A DNA stretch of 64,000 nt from assembly GCA_028023455.1 (NCBI GenBank), contig JAQFVV010000003.1, forward strand, positions 25,792,001 to 25,856,000, read 5' to 3'. Both the position numbers and the translations under genes were made by a program. Shown piece by piece: positions 1 to 12,074 of this stretch (its first letter is position 1; each line of letters opens with the position of its first letter). Source of the DNA: Epiperipatus broadwayi. Lineage: Eukaryota; Animalia; Onychophora. Under the pieces are notes generated by a model, which saw only the letters and a list, made by a program, of their open reading frames with translations, did no database searches and had not been told where the DNA came from.

Positions 1-51
1 AATAAGTGATAAATTTTAAGTGTTTCTATACTAAAAGCTATTTCATAAAAG

Positions 52-156
52 TTTTTTTTTTTAAAGTGTCATAGCATCGGCTGGGACGCGAACCCGCAAC
101 CCGGGCAACTGCCTGCAAGTGCAAGGCAGTCGCGCTGACCTCTCAACCACCAATGT
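52..156 (-). mobile_element. tRNA-derived SINE head / tRNA pseudogene (anticodon loop TGC, Ala-like)
   Basis: The minus strand reads ACATTGGTGGTTGAGAGGTCAGCGCGACTGCCTTGCAC...GCGGGTTCGCGTCCCAGCCGATGC-TATGAC plus an A-run. It has A-box-like (TGGTTGAGAGG) and B-box-like (GGTTCGCGTCC) motifs. It is homologous to 8234-8341, including the non-tRNA TATGAC tail. Confidence 0.65.
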
Positions 157-701
157 ACTTTATATATCCAATGTAAGGATAACCTATGAACAAATAGAGA
201 TGTTGATATAGTGTATAATTTTGGTATAAGTATCTCAGTTATTGACTACAGATCTTTCATTTTTTTATTGATTTACTTGAATAATAGTTATAATATTTAA
301 TATCCATTTTGTATATAATTATTTATTCCATTTATCTAGTTGCTATAGAGAGTAAGACAATTCATGATATTTTATTCCAAATGCATTCTGAAGATCTTAA
401 GTATGAAGTTGATTCACTTACCTAAGAAAGATCTCATTAATTTCAGCCTGCCACTGAAGTTAAACATATTCTAGACATTTTAATTATAGCCACTTTAGAA
501 ACTTGCTGATTATAGTTTTTTTTAATTTTTTTTTTAAATAATGCCAATTATAACACTGTGTTAATGTGTGATATAAATTAACAATCTGTTATTAAATGCT
601 TTATAAATTTAAAATACTTATCTTATATTATAATTCTTCTTCTTCTTCTTCTTCTTCAAGAAGTATAATAACTACTCTTTCTTATTGCATTGCCAAATGT
701 A

Positions 702-1000
702 TACCATATAATATTAAATCATCTATGCACTTTACTACTGTTACACAATGCTTTATTTACCATCCTCTTTTACAGTTTACAGTTTTGATTGCCCCAGCAA
801 TTTTCTCCAAAACTTTTTATATCTTCTAACTTCAACTGCTAAATTCAATTTTTTTAAAAATTTAGCAGTCGAAGTTAGAGATGTAAAACGTTCTGAAGAA
901 GATTGCTGGGCAATCAAAACTGTAAACTGTAAAAGAGGATGATAAATAAAGCATTGTGTAACAGTAGTAAAGTGCATGGATGATTTAGTATTATATGGTA
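702..1000. mobile_element. Fold-back element (arms ~702-845 and ~859-1000) with a degenerate hammerhead-like motif
   Basis: Long inverted repeat is visible directly. The right arm contains CTGAAGA-a-GATTGC-tgg-GCAATC-AAAAC (893-920). Confidence 0.7.
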
Positions 1001-1257
1001 ATTATTATTATTACCTTTTTAAAAATTAAATTTAAAATTACTTTACACAATATTAAAAATTACAGGTATATTATATTTCAAAGAATTCTTAATATATATA
1101 TTTTTATTATTAACATTATACACGCAACATAACACATGTTTGTCTATTAGTGTTATAAGCTGATTTCTTCCTAAATTTGTTTTTTTATTATTATATTCAA
1201 ATGACTTTATTCTCTTGTTTCACATAGTTTGTCTCAAAAGTAAATATCTAGATACAG

Positions 1258-1638
1258 AGACTTCAGACCACTCAAAGAAGTATGGAGAGATGCATGCTGG
1301 GAGTAACAAGAAGAGATCGAAAACGCAATGTATGGGTAAGAGAACAATCAGATGTTACTGACCTCATTAAAAAAATTAAAAGATTGAAGTAGAGTTGGGT
1401 TGGACATATTGCTAAAAGAGATGATAATAGATGGACAATTGAAGTCTTAAACTGGATTCCAAGAGATTGTAAAAGACCCAAAAAGAGACCACATGTGAGA
1501 TGGATGGATGAGATGAGAAAGTGTGCAGGGGTGATGTGGAGAAGAGAAGCTAAAGATCGGAGAAGATGGATTGAACTTGGAGAGACCTTTATCCTGCAGT
1601 GGATTGATAATGGTTGATGATGATGATGATGATGATGA
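1258..1638 (+). mobile_element. 5'-truncated RTE-clade LINE 3' end with (GAT)n tail
   Basis: Frame from 1258 reads RLQTTQRSMERCMLGVTRRDRKRNVWVREQSDVTDLIKKIKRLK*SWVGHIAKRDDNRWTIEVLNWIPRDCKRPKKRPHVRWMDEMRKCAGVMWRREAKDRRRWIELGETFILQWIDNG*, then (TGA/GAT)n. This is a typical RTE ORF C-terminus with one premature stop. Confidence 0.9.
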
Positions 1639-3236
1639 CTACACCCCTATCTTTTCCCAGTATAAAAAAATGAATGGCTATTAACAGGTGAAATAAATAT
1701 TACATTTCAATATATATACACATATATGAGTTACATTAACGTTAAGGTTTTTTTAAATATTATTTCATAATTAAATAATTCCCATACTTGAGAATTTTAA
1801 ATAAATAGATGCAAATTTATCTGATTGATAATTTTATATGCTTAAGATCAGAGTTCAATTTGCATTCTCACATGTAATTTAATTAAAACTAATAGCTTTT
1901 ATTTTATATTACAAAAAGAATTATATATATTGAGATGGTATTTTCTGTCATCTCATATATATAAGTATACATATATTTCATTTAATAAAATTGTCTGTAG
2001 TTATACAAATATTTTAAAATAATATATTATCTTTTAAATCAGTTTAAAGTTGTTTTTTTCTTGAAGGAATCAGGATTTCTTCGGTGGATTTTTTAAAAAA
2101 ATTCATCTAAATTAATTAGATCTTGAGATATAACTTTTTCCTGTTGCTTTTTTTTTTTTTTTTTTGTATTTCTTGGGAAAACGTGGATGGGGGGGGGGGG
2201 GATTAGAAATCTTTGCAATTAACTCTATTGTTGAAACTCGAGATACAAAAAGTATTTATAATTAAAAATATTGCTAGAATCTATCTATTGTGCTAATTGA
2301 TCAAGAGCTTTTTTGTTAATTAAAAATGCAGCAAGAATAAAAGGACGGAAATTATAAGTGACAAAATGTAGCTAAAAATAAATCACAAAGTGTGAATCCT
2401 GTTAGCTGAAAAACGTATAAATTGTTGAGTTTGCTTTTGACTAAATAATTCAAAGCTTTTGTTTAAAAAGTATTATTAACCATCATCATGAAAATGTTAT
2501 CTGGATAGAGAACATCAAGGACTTCCCTCATCAGAAAAAACATCTCCCAGTCACATCTGGCGCTGCCCGAATGATTTCCAACTATAGAACAGATGAAGCT
2601 ACCAGCTAGTCAAGGATACGTTCAGGAGCCAGAAAAGGATTCGCATCAGCAGTTATGAACTAAGATCATACATGGACAGTACCCTCTTGGTGAAAGTTTA
2701 AACAGCTGAAGACCAGGGTAAATATGAGCTGCTGCTTAGGTAAACTTTTATTGTAATTAGCATGATAGCAACCTAGATTCCATTAACTGGGTCAGTTGTA
2801 TATTAAAAATTTCAACAATAGAGTGTGGGATTTTTAATAGGGATTAATGATGTTATTTTGATTGAACTAAAAAGGGAAATATGCTGTTATTTTACTTAGT
2901 TTTATTCAATAAAATTAGTTTTATTCATTAAAATGATCTATAATTTTAATTCATTTTTATTATATTCAATGTTTGTTTACAGTTTAAAGTCCCAAAATGT
3001 TAACTGATTGATCTCAAAAGACAAAGAGAGATGGGGATAAAGATCAGTTAAGAATTCTGCCCATAAGCAAACATTGGAAACTTATGCCATCCAATAAAGA
3101 TATAAAAAAATTTAAGTGATAATAAATTTTTGTGTCTTTGGGGGGTTGGTTGAGAAGTGTTCCGTTTATAAATTTTTGGCCAAATATTGTGTTATTGGTG
3201 GGGGGGGAATATAATTATTTAACATATAATGTAACG

Positions 3237-3984
3237 CAGTGGTCTTCAACCTTTTCACACCTGCAGGCTGGCAAAAATAAGGATAAGGTTTCACAGACTG
3301 GCAAAAATAAGAATAAGGTTTCACAGACCGACAGAAGTCGATAGATAAATTTTCTTAAAGATGTAAAGTGCTTAGCCTTAGATGAGCATAATTGTTATGC
3401 ACTAGTTACTGTGTATAGTATGATGTTGCTTACCTTCACATGTTGAACACTCTTTCTCGAGTCGTGCAGTCATACTGTTACAGAAAACAGTACAATAACA
3501 ATCATTCTCATTAATGTGCCTGCATTGCTGCATTTATTATTTCATTATTAAAACATGCAAGAATAAAATGTTATTCACCTGAATGTTGGAAAATATTATC
3601 ACAGCTAGTGTAATTACATGACAATGATTATGATAAATGTAATATGGAGTTTGTATAATAAAAAAACTTTTTTTTAAATTTTGAATTCTTTTAGAAAAAT
3701 AATAAAAAATTTAATTTTACCCCCCCCCCCCCATAAATATCTGTGATAACTAAAAAAAAAAACAAATTAATTTATGTATGATTGATTATATTTTGTTTTC
3801 ATTCTGTTTCTTTTTTTTTAATTGGATAAAAATGAGATGAAAAAATAAATAAAAATTGTTTATATTAGTTAAAAGTTTAAACTCTTATTATTTTATTACA
3901 AACTTTCCTGCTGGTCTACTGCAGACCGGTAAAAAACTTCTGGGGCCCGGCACTGGTCTGCGGACCAAGAGTTGAAGACCCCTG
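3237..3984. mobile_element. hAT (Charlie-like) non-autonomous element / MITE
   Basis: TIRs CAGTGGTCTTCAAC (3237-3250) and GTTGAAGACCCCTG (3971-3984). 8-bp flanks ATGTAACG / ATGTAGAG match at 6 of 8. An internal 30-bp tandem repeat lies near 3268-3330. Confidence 0.8.
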
Positions 3985-4559
3985 ATGTAGAGAGTTTGAG
4001 TGGTATGCAATACTTCCCACTCTTATTAGTAAGTCATCTTAAAGTTCACACTTATTTGGACAGCAGCGTCTCCATAATAAACTTTGGTCAATGTCACTTG
4101 TAGAATTTGTGAAGCGCACGTTCCCTTGGGAAAAAAGTACAAAATGTTAAATAATTGGATCATATTAAAATGATAATGAATGAAATTTACGCAGGTATTT
4201 TGCCTTAAAATTCAGATTGAGTCAGTTTAGAGTGCTCTGAGAGGAAATTGGGAAAGTAATTAGTATTGAAAAATAGGTATAATAAATATTTAAGTCATAC
4301 TTACGTGCATTTGTTTTTAATTTAATTATCAACCTTAACAGTTATTGTGTCCTCTGGTAAGAACATAAATTATAATTAGTAAAGTTCATGTAATATCACA
4401 TCTTAAAATTTATTATGCAACCGTAATACATAGATAAATTAACACTACAATCATTGAAGAATCTTCTCAATATAGTGCTAGGCTATATGCCTAGTAGCAC
4501 TCTCTTATCGGTCACCATAATTTGAATAATTTGTGGAATTTTTCAGAGATAGTGATGAT

Positions 4560-6260
4560 TTGTAGTATCATAATATATATAATACTCCTTTTAGATGTAT
4601 CAGACTGTCAGTTTACTTTGACTCTTGGGCTGGGGCAGTTGTTCTAGGTTAAGTTCTTTCTAATTAAGTTGATTTAAATGGATAACTACATGTATTCAAG
4701 ATTTCCATTTATATATCATTAACAGCCAGTCATCACTTAGACAATATCAATAACAATCAACAATTTCAAACTGTTGTCAAGGCAACCTATATATCTATAT
4801 ATAATGGAATCACAGGATCACTTGGTCATTATAAAAATTATTCTAGGAAATAATAATGTGTTTATCAATGATTAGGAATAATCATAACCTAATATTTTAT
4901 TGTATAGTCATGGATAACAACCAGGCTAAAGTTTACATCAAGTATAAGTTTTCATGCAGATCCAGTCATATTTCTTGATCATCATTCACTATGCATACAT
5001 ACTATTATTCTATGGTTAGGTGTTTAAACTAATTTTATCAAAAATGCTAAATCAAAATACATTTTATTCTAGATATTGAAATAAAATACTTGTCTGTCAA
5101 ATGAGAAATTGATGAGAAATAATACTTTAAAATAGGAATTAACTTATTTATCACCACAATAACAAAAATATAAACAATTTAACATATTTTAAATTTACAT
5201 AGTCAATAAATAATATTTTATCCAAACTTGTTTGATTTCCAGTCTCAAGGTCAATAAAATCAATAATAAATTTTATAATATTTAGTAAACATTTTCTTTT
5301 CTTTTACATCACATATGACTTTTAGCATAGAATTGAATCTTTAGCAAATATTTATTGAATAATCATTTAAAATACTATTCTAAATTTTTCTTTGGTTTTT
5401 ATCTAATGAGCTCAACATATATGCAATGTTTTTATCCTGTCTTTTATGTTTAATATAATTGTAAATTTACAGTTAAGGTATCTGATCATTATTCATATAT
5501 TTCCATGACTTCAAGTATACATAATAAAAGCTAGAAGATTCTTCTGACACAATTTCCTTCAATTGTGCTTAATATGGGTGCAAGATTCATCTTCTTTGGT
5601 GTATTTCTCTTGTAATCCACAAGTTATTTCTTCTTTGACTTTTTTATTTTATATAATTATTGTGTTGCATTGCAAATAATGACAATGATGTATAAGTGTT
5701 CATTTTCAATAATTGTTTACTTTCTGTATTCAGGTATCTCATAACTCCACAAAAAGACTACATTTTCAGAAAGATGGCATCAGCATTCCAATTGGATTTT
5801 TATTCCATAATGGTAAATAAATACCAATAGAAGAGGATGCAAATCATTTTCACAGCTGCTAATTTGTGAGCAGAATAAAACTTGTAAACCATCAACTATG
5901 GCTGATATGAATGCTTTTCTTTTCTTGTCTAGAAACAATCAAAATTCCTTTATCAACTATTATAACAATAGAAGATTCTTCCATTATTTGAAAATTAACC
6001 TGACTTCATGTTATAACTATTTTTTATTAACATTCAACATTTTTGCAAACAATTTTATTTTCAAATCAAATTTTAAAAGTAAACAAAGAAACAAAAAATT
6101 AATTTCTTACAAATATATTTTCTCTTTTAATTTAACTTATTATGATTTTAAAAAAAATAAACCATTAAAATTTTTAAAAACACATAATAACCCCTTTTAC
6201 TTATTTTTATGTCATTTATGTGACCTTCATAAAGAGAGGTTACATTTGCCTTTCTTCTAT
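4560..6260 (+). mobile_element. Highly degenerate L1/Tx1-like LINE ORF2 relic (copy 1)
   Basis: Collinear with 8760-11125 over more than 1 kb. The RT-like motif reads SISFHADPVIF here and KISLYADQVIF in copy 2, resembling the L1 'SLYADD' motif. Many stops and frameshifts. Boundaries approximate. Confidence 0.55.
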
Positions 6261-7299
6261 TAAGAAATAAAATAAAATCTATTCAGCATTAGACATCATT
6301 CAATTTTATTTCAATTTTTAAGTTTTATTTTATTTAAAACTTATAGAAAGGTCATGCTTAATCACTTCTTTAAAAGTGGAGTTACAAGCTAGTATTCATA
6401 AAAAAAATGTCATTTTTGGTATAATATTTTTTTAAAATATTGTCATATTCAATATTATTTATAATTTTTTATAAAAAAATTGGACTTTGAGATAATCATG
6501 AGATTTGATTGCCCACTCACAATACTATAATAAACAAAGAAATCTGTCATTGACAATGAACACATAATGCAACACGAATACCATGAGGACTATCTCATTT
6601 AAGCACAATAAGCAATCTAACATCCTTATATACAAATTAATAACCTGCACAAGTAAAAATTTGCTCTATTTTGAGTCTTAGGGGAAGTTGTTCACTCTTG
6701 AATGTAAACACAATTATGCATTGATGTTTCAACTCCATCATATAGAAGCTATATAATATCAACAATTTTTATGGTTAATCAAGTAATTTCACCTATTTCA
6801 AGATTTAGAGGCTAATAAACATATATTATCAGGATTACGCCTGGCTCATTTTTGAGACTTAGAGGCTGTTAAATATAAATATCACATGGATATGTGCAAT
6901 GTTGAGATAAAACACTCAATAAAGTTGTCATAAAAATAACATAACCTCAAAACAATAACAAACACCTTTAGCCATCACCAGCACTGACAGAAAAACAATT
7001 AAACTTGGACAAATTCTCTCTTTTGAATTTATTAAATTTAGTTTATAAATAAATAGGATTTGAATTTAGGCTAGTCTATATCTGTATCAGTTGTGTAAGA
7101 TGAAGTAGAGGATAAATATAGACTGGAAAAATCCTAAGTTTAAATCCCTCTCTTTAATTATATAAGTAACATTCAATATACTGAATGAATAGGCTTATTA
7201 AATTTAGTTCAGGTTTTTTAATAGTCACTTTTGGTATTTACTCTATTTTATCTTTATAATCTTATAATTCATATTTTGTCTTCTTCCTAAAATATTTGT

Positions 7300-8150
7300 C
7301 CTTTTAACAGATCCAGAACATCAACTTAGAAGGCTATTCTCAACATATAATGATTAAACTTTATTTCTTTCTAAGTATTTTTATTAAACATAAGCTTGGA
7401 ATGATCTGAAAAATATTTTATTGACCTTATGATTACTCTGAAGAAGTGGACCTACTTTTTACTTTTGCTTTTACATAATCAGTGGTTAGATTTGATATTT
7501 TCTCAGACAATCCATCTAAAATAAATAATTGCCAAACTTTAATTTACTCTTCTTTCATCTCCTAAATTTTAATCACTTTGATTAAATGATACTTTTTCTT
7601 TTGTATGTCTTATCAAACAAAACACTTCTATATTTTTCTCTTAATCTAACTTTCTTTATCACTCAATTCTTTAACATTTGAGCAGCATAGTTCATATTCT
7701 AAATTAGTCACTTCTTTATTTTTACTCTTCTTTATTTCATATTTACATTTAATCATATGATATATTTATAATATCAGAATATTCATTTATAACTTTAGTA
7801 TTGGTATCTTGATTTCCAAATTCATCCTCATTATCATACTTTATGCCACTATTTTTTTCCAAGACAATGGGTAAAAATTCATCACAATCCTTAATTAATA
7901 TAATTTGACAATAATCTGCATATTTCTCAATCTCATCTAGTGTAGGATTTTCTTCTTGCATTTGTGGCAACAATATTGCATTAACTTTAGGTTTCTCTTC
8001 TGCCACAACATCTTCATTATTGTATCCTCTGATTTCCTCTATTAGCTGGGTTCATTAATCTTTTATTTCTGTAATAAAATTTTCCATTTGGTTTTTTTAG
8101 TTTTTAATATTGTTTCTTCATAGGATCTTTCAATTCTTCATGTTGTATTT
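7300..8150 (-). mobile_element. Possible gag-like retroelement relic (acidic, low complexity)
   Basis: Broken frames include the acidic ORF 7749-8006 and a 'YCCHKCKKK..H' segment weakly resembling a zinc knuckle. No family assignment is possible. Confidence 0.25.
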
Positions 8151-8233
8151 TCCATTTGACCCTTCATTTCCCTAATTTGTTTAAATATTTTCTTTGGACA
8201 AAAAAAATAACTTTAAATTTATTGCTTTTGTCA

Positions 8234-8341
8234 GCGTTGTTAGCCGAGAGGTCATCGCACCTGCCTTGCAAGCAAGTAGTTGGTTGCAGACAGGTGTGGG
8301 TTCGTGTCCTGGCCGATGCTATGACATATGAGAAAAAAAAA
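8234..8341 (+). mobile_element. tRNA-derived SINE head / tRNA pseudogene (anticodon TGC)
   Basis: GCGTTGT..CCGATGC acceptor-like stem, A box TAGCCGAGAGG, anticodon loop CTTGCAA, B box GGTTCGTGTCC, then TATGAC and an A-run. Same family as 52-156. Confidence 0.65.
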
Positions 8342-9799
8342 TTTATTACTTTTTTCTTGGTTAGAGGGATCAGTCATCTCTCTTTCCACTTTGTAGTCTT
8401 GCTCCATTGCTGCCTGATATTTATCTTATTTTTATTGCCTCACTATTATCTAGTTATTTGTTTGTCTTATTATTATTTTTATTTATCTTATCCTACAATT
8501 ATCACTGTGGAACTGATACCTACAAATTTATTTATTGATTTTTCCTTCCTCTCCAAATTTTATTCCCCATACTCATCAGACCAAGTATTATTTATTTGAC
8601 ATCTTGCATACTTCATTTGTTAATTTATTTATTTTTTTATTCAGTAATTATGATTTATAAGTCCCAAAACAATACAGATATGTAAAAAAAATTATGAATA
8701 ACAAAAGAAAATATCTTAAAATTAACTGGATTTAATTTCTGTGTTATAAATTGAGATGATCCTGGATAGGCCCTCAAATGTAATGGAATTATGGAACCAT
8801 TTGTCTACAAGTTATTATAAAAATTATTTTAGGAATAATTATCTAATTATTGATGATCAGTGGGTGCCCATATTCAAAAGTGAGTGACTATAATCTAAAA
8901 TTTTATCTTACTTGATTATATTCATGAATAATGATCAGACTGAAGTTTGCATCAAAAATAAGTCTTTATGCAGACCAAGTCATATTTCCTAATCACCATC
9001 CACTTCACATATATATTATCTAACTATAGTTAGATGTTTAAACTAATTTTATCAAAAATGCTAAATCAAAATATATTTTAGTCTAGACATTGAAATAAAA
9101 TACTTTTCTGTCAAATGAGAAAATGATGAGACTTTAAAATAACAACAATTTATTTATAACAACAACAAAAAAATAAACAATTTAACATCTTTTATATTTA
9201 CATAGTCAATAAAATAAAACATTCCCCCCAAACTTGACAGATTTCCAGTTAGAAGGTTAATAATAACAAATTTTATAATATTTAATGGATATTTCCCATT
9301 CTTTATATCACATTTGACTTTTTATATAGAATTAAAAAAAATATCAATGTGTTAATTTTTAATGCAAGAGGAAAATAAGTCTTTTGCAAATATTTATTTA
9401 TCACTGTCATTTAAAATAATTTTACCAAATTTCTCCTGGGTTTTATTTGTCTTTTGGGCTCGACATATATGCTATATTTTTTTAAATCTTTACTTCCATA
9501 TTTAATATATTTCTCAATTTACTGTTCCCAGGTCTCCAGTCATTATTTATATATTTCCATGGCTTCACATATACATAGTAGAAGTTAGCAGATTCTTCTG
9601 ACAGAATTTCCTTTCATTGTGCTTAATAAATGTTCATTGGGTGTACAGGTTCTTATTCCTTGGTACATTTCTCTTGTAATTCTTTGTTTATTTCTTCTTT
9701 GACCTCTTTTAGTTAATATAATTATTGGATTTTTATTACAACATCGCAAATAAATCTGATAATGTTACAGATAACTAGGCTTTTATTTCAAATATCCAG

Positions 9800-10193
9800 A
9801 TAATCAATAAAGCAAGTCATATGTAGCATGACATTGCTTTTATGAGCCTGTATTTACAAATATGCTAAGGCTATTAATATATGGTAGATCTGAATTTGGT
9901 TCAGTCCCATATAGCTATTTAAGTTAGATAGCTGGTGTTAAAGGCATTTTCATGTCCAAAAATTTCAGAGTTTCTACTGAAATGTTACATATTAAATAAG
10001 TGCTGGGTTTTGAGTGGATATTTTAGATCTAGTGTCTGAATATTTTAGCTCCTCACTGAGGCAAGCCAAAAGCTCAAAAGCAATTGATCTGGGAATGGCA
10101 ATGTTCTAGATAGAGATTTTAAATATTTTTCGCTTACCGCATTTATCAATTAAGAGCTTGTTTGAGCTATTGGTACACTTCCTATATTATATA
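9800..10193 (+). mobile_element. Short non-coding insertion (family H3) with a variant hammerhead-like motif
   Basis: Flanked by TTCAAATATCCAG / TTCCAATATCCAG (9787-9799, 10194-10206). Strongly similar to 59341-60035. Motif at 10050-10095. Confidence 0.75.
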
Positions 10194-10680
10194 TTCCAAT
10201 ATCCAGGTATTCCATAGCTCCACAAAAAGTGTATATTTTCAAAAATCTGGGATCAATACCCCAACTGGATTTTTACCCTATAATGGTATATAAATACAAA
10301 TAAAAGAGGATATATATCACTTTCAAAGCTGTTAATTTATGAGCAGAACAAAACTGGTAAATCAATAGTTATAGTTGACAGGAACACTTCTCTTTTCTTA
10401 TTGTCTAACAACAGTCAAAATACCCATAGCAACTATTTTAACAATAGAATACTCTCCCATTGTCTGAAAAATAACCTGAATACCAGTTTTGTTTTTTTTA
10501 AATTAATATTTAAGATTTTTGCAAGCAATTTTATTTTCAAATCAAATTTTAAAATTAAACAAAGAAACAAACTTTTCATTTCTTACAAATTTATTTTCTC
10601 TTTTACCTTATTAACAGATTATAATTTTCTTTTAAAGACAAATAAATCTTTAAAAAGTTTTAGAACACATAACAATCTCT

Positions 10681-11053
10681 AGTGTTTTCCTGAAGGCTTA
10701 TGATGATGGTGTTCTAGTTGTATTTTTATATTGGACTATTTCCATCATCTAATATGAGTATTGAATGTCTTTAGAAAATGGCTGTTGGTTAGAGCATTAC
10801 CTTAAAATTCAATACTCAAGAATTTAAAGGCCTAGGTTCGAATCTCATGCTAGTACTGTCACTGGTCAGACCAGCAACACATGAAGAAGAGGGGAGAATA
10901 ATACCTCTTAAAACATTGTGCATATACTAACCTATTTAATGTGCTACAACCAACAGTTGAATGTATTTGGAATATTTAAAATAAAAATTAAATTTTTCTA
11001 AAGATATTCAATACTCATATTATATGATAGAAATAGTCCAATATAAAAATACA
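10681..11053. mobile_element. Fold-back element, same family as 13593-13827, with a B-box-like motif in the spacer
   Basis: Arms GTTGTATTTTTATATTGGACTATTTCCATCATCTAATATGAGTATTGAATGTCTTTAGAAAA and their reverse complement at ~10990-11053. GGTTCGAATCTC at ~10835-10846. Inserted in the LINE relic. Confidence 0.75.
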
Positions 11054-12074
11054 ACATAATAATTCTTTTTATTTATTTTTAGAGGTTATATATGTGACTC
11101 TCAACAGAGATTACAATATATTATTAGAGTGAAGCTCTCTGAAATTTTACCCATGTAATTCCATTGATATAGCTTGTTATGAAGTTTTAAAAAATGCCTT
11201 AATAATCAACAATGCTATCTTAATCAAATTCCAATTTAACATTTACTTTGTCACATTATTTTTCTACTCCTAAATTTATTTGGGAGTATTATTTCAAACA
11301 CCAATATGAATGCTGGAAAATAAATAAACTTTCTAGATATTTATTAATTATAAACATTAATAGTTGAAAGGTAAGCCTGAATTTATAACAATATTTTACA
11401 ATATTTTAAATATATAATTTCATATTTATTAGAAATAGCATACTGTTATATTCACATTATTATTATTTTAATTAAATTTGTTATTTTGTCAAGTCTTGGT
11501 AATCTTTCTTTTTTCATATTTTTTATTATTTATTTTGTCATTGGGTCCAAAACTCATTCATCTTCCTTGAGAAGGTTTTTATAGAAGAAGATTGGTGCTA
11601 TTCTTGCCTAAATACTTATCTAGATATTGCTATAGTTGTGTGTGTGTATGTATATATATATATAAATTCTAATATTCTCACGGATAAAAAATGAATTTAT
11701 AATATTATTTCTGGGAGATTCCAAGTAATAAAAATAGAATAGCTAAATAGTTGATGTTTCAGTACAATAACAAGTACTTTCCTCAGAGTTTCTTTTTTGT
11801 CAAATCATAAGAATGGGTGTGGTGAGATTTAAAATCATTGTATTTTTCTTTTGTTATTTTCTCCTCATTCTCAAATTCTATTGGTTGAGAAGTTTTAAAA
11901 AATATTTTATCCTCCAATAGCTTTTTTCAAATATTGTTAATTTTCTTTAATTCACACTTTTCATTTATATATATACATGCATGAATATATAAATTTGAAG
12001 AAATAATCAACCCCACTCATTGTGTATAATATATTATTTACTATGATTGCCATACTATATAAAAACATTAACAA

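Larger units (their letters stand above)
8760..11125 (+). mobile_element. Degenerate L1/Tx1-like LINE ORF2 relic (copy 2), interrupted by two younger insertions
   Basis: KFASKISLYADQVIF at ~8943-8990 and GIMEPF near 8785. Collinear with 4560-6260. Homology to copy 1 resumes after the insertions at 9800-10193 and 10681-11053. Confidence 0.6.

Noticed and set aside
2500-2540. Hammerhead candidate CTGATGAGGGAAGTCCTTGATG (-)
   Set aside because: No GAAA after helix II and no helix I/III pairing.
3268-3335. 30-bp direct repeats (and the 29-bp pair at 15131) as a CRISPR-like array
   Set aside because: The repeats are adjacent with no spacers, and the context is eukaryotic.
5898-6263. Paralogous ORFs 5898-6263 and 10401-10682 as a duplicated host gene
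   Set aside because: They lie at the 3' end of two copies of a degenerate LINE relic and are low-complexity, AT-driven frames.
6600-7050. L1 apurinic endonuclease relic
   Set aside because: Only vague motif echoes (INNFYG, HILSG), which is not enough support.
8234-8319. Functional tRNA-Ala(TGC)
   Set aside because: D, anticodon and T stems have mismatches, a family-specific tail follows, and a second diverged copy exists. A SINE or pseudogene fits better.
10875-10925. Hammerhead relic ATGAAGA-AGAGG..CCTCT-TAAAAC
   Set aside because: Needs at least three core reversions and has only 3 bp of helix I. Too degenerate to call.
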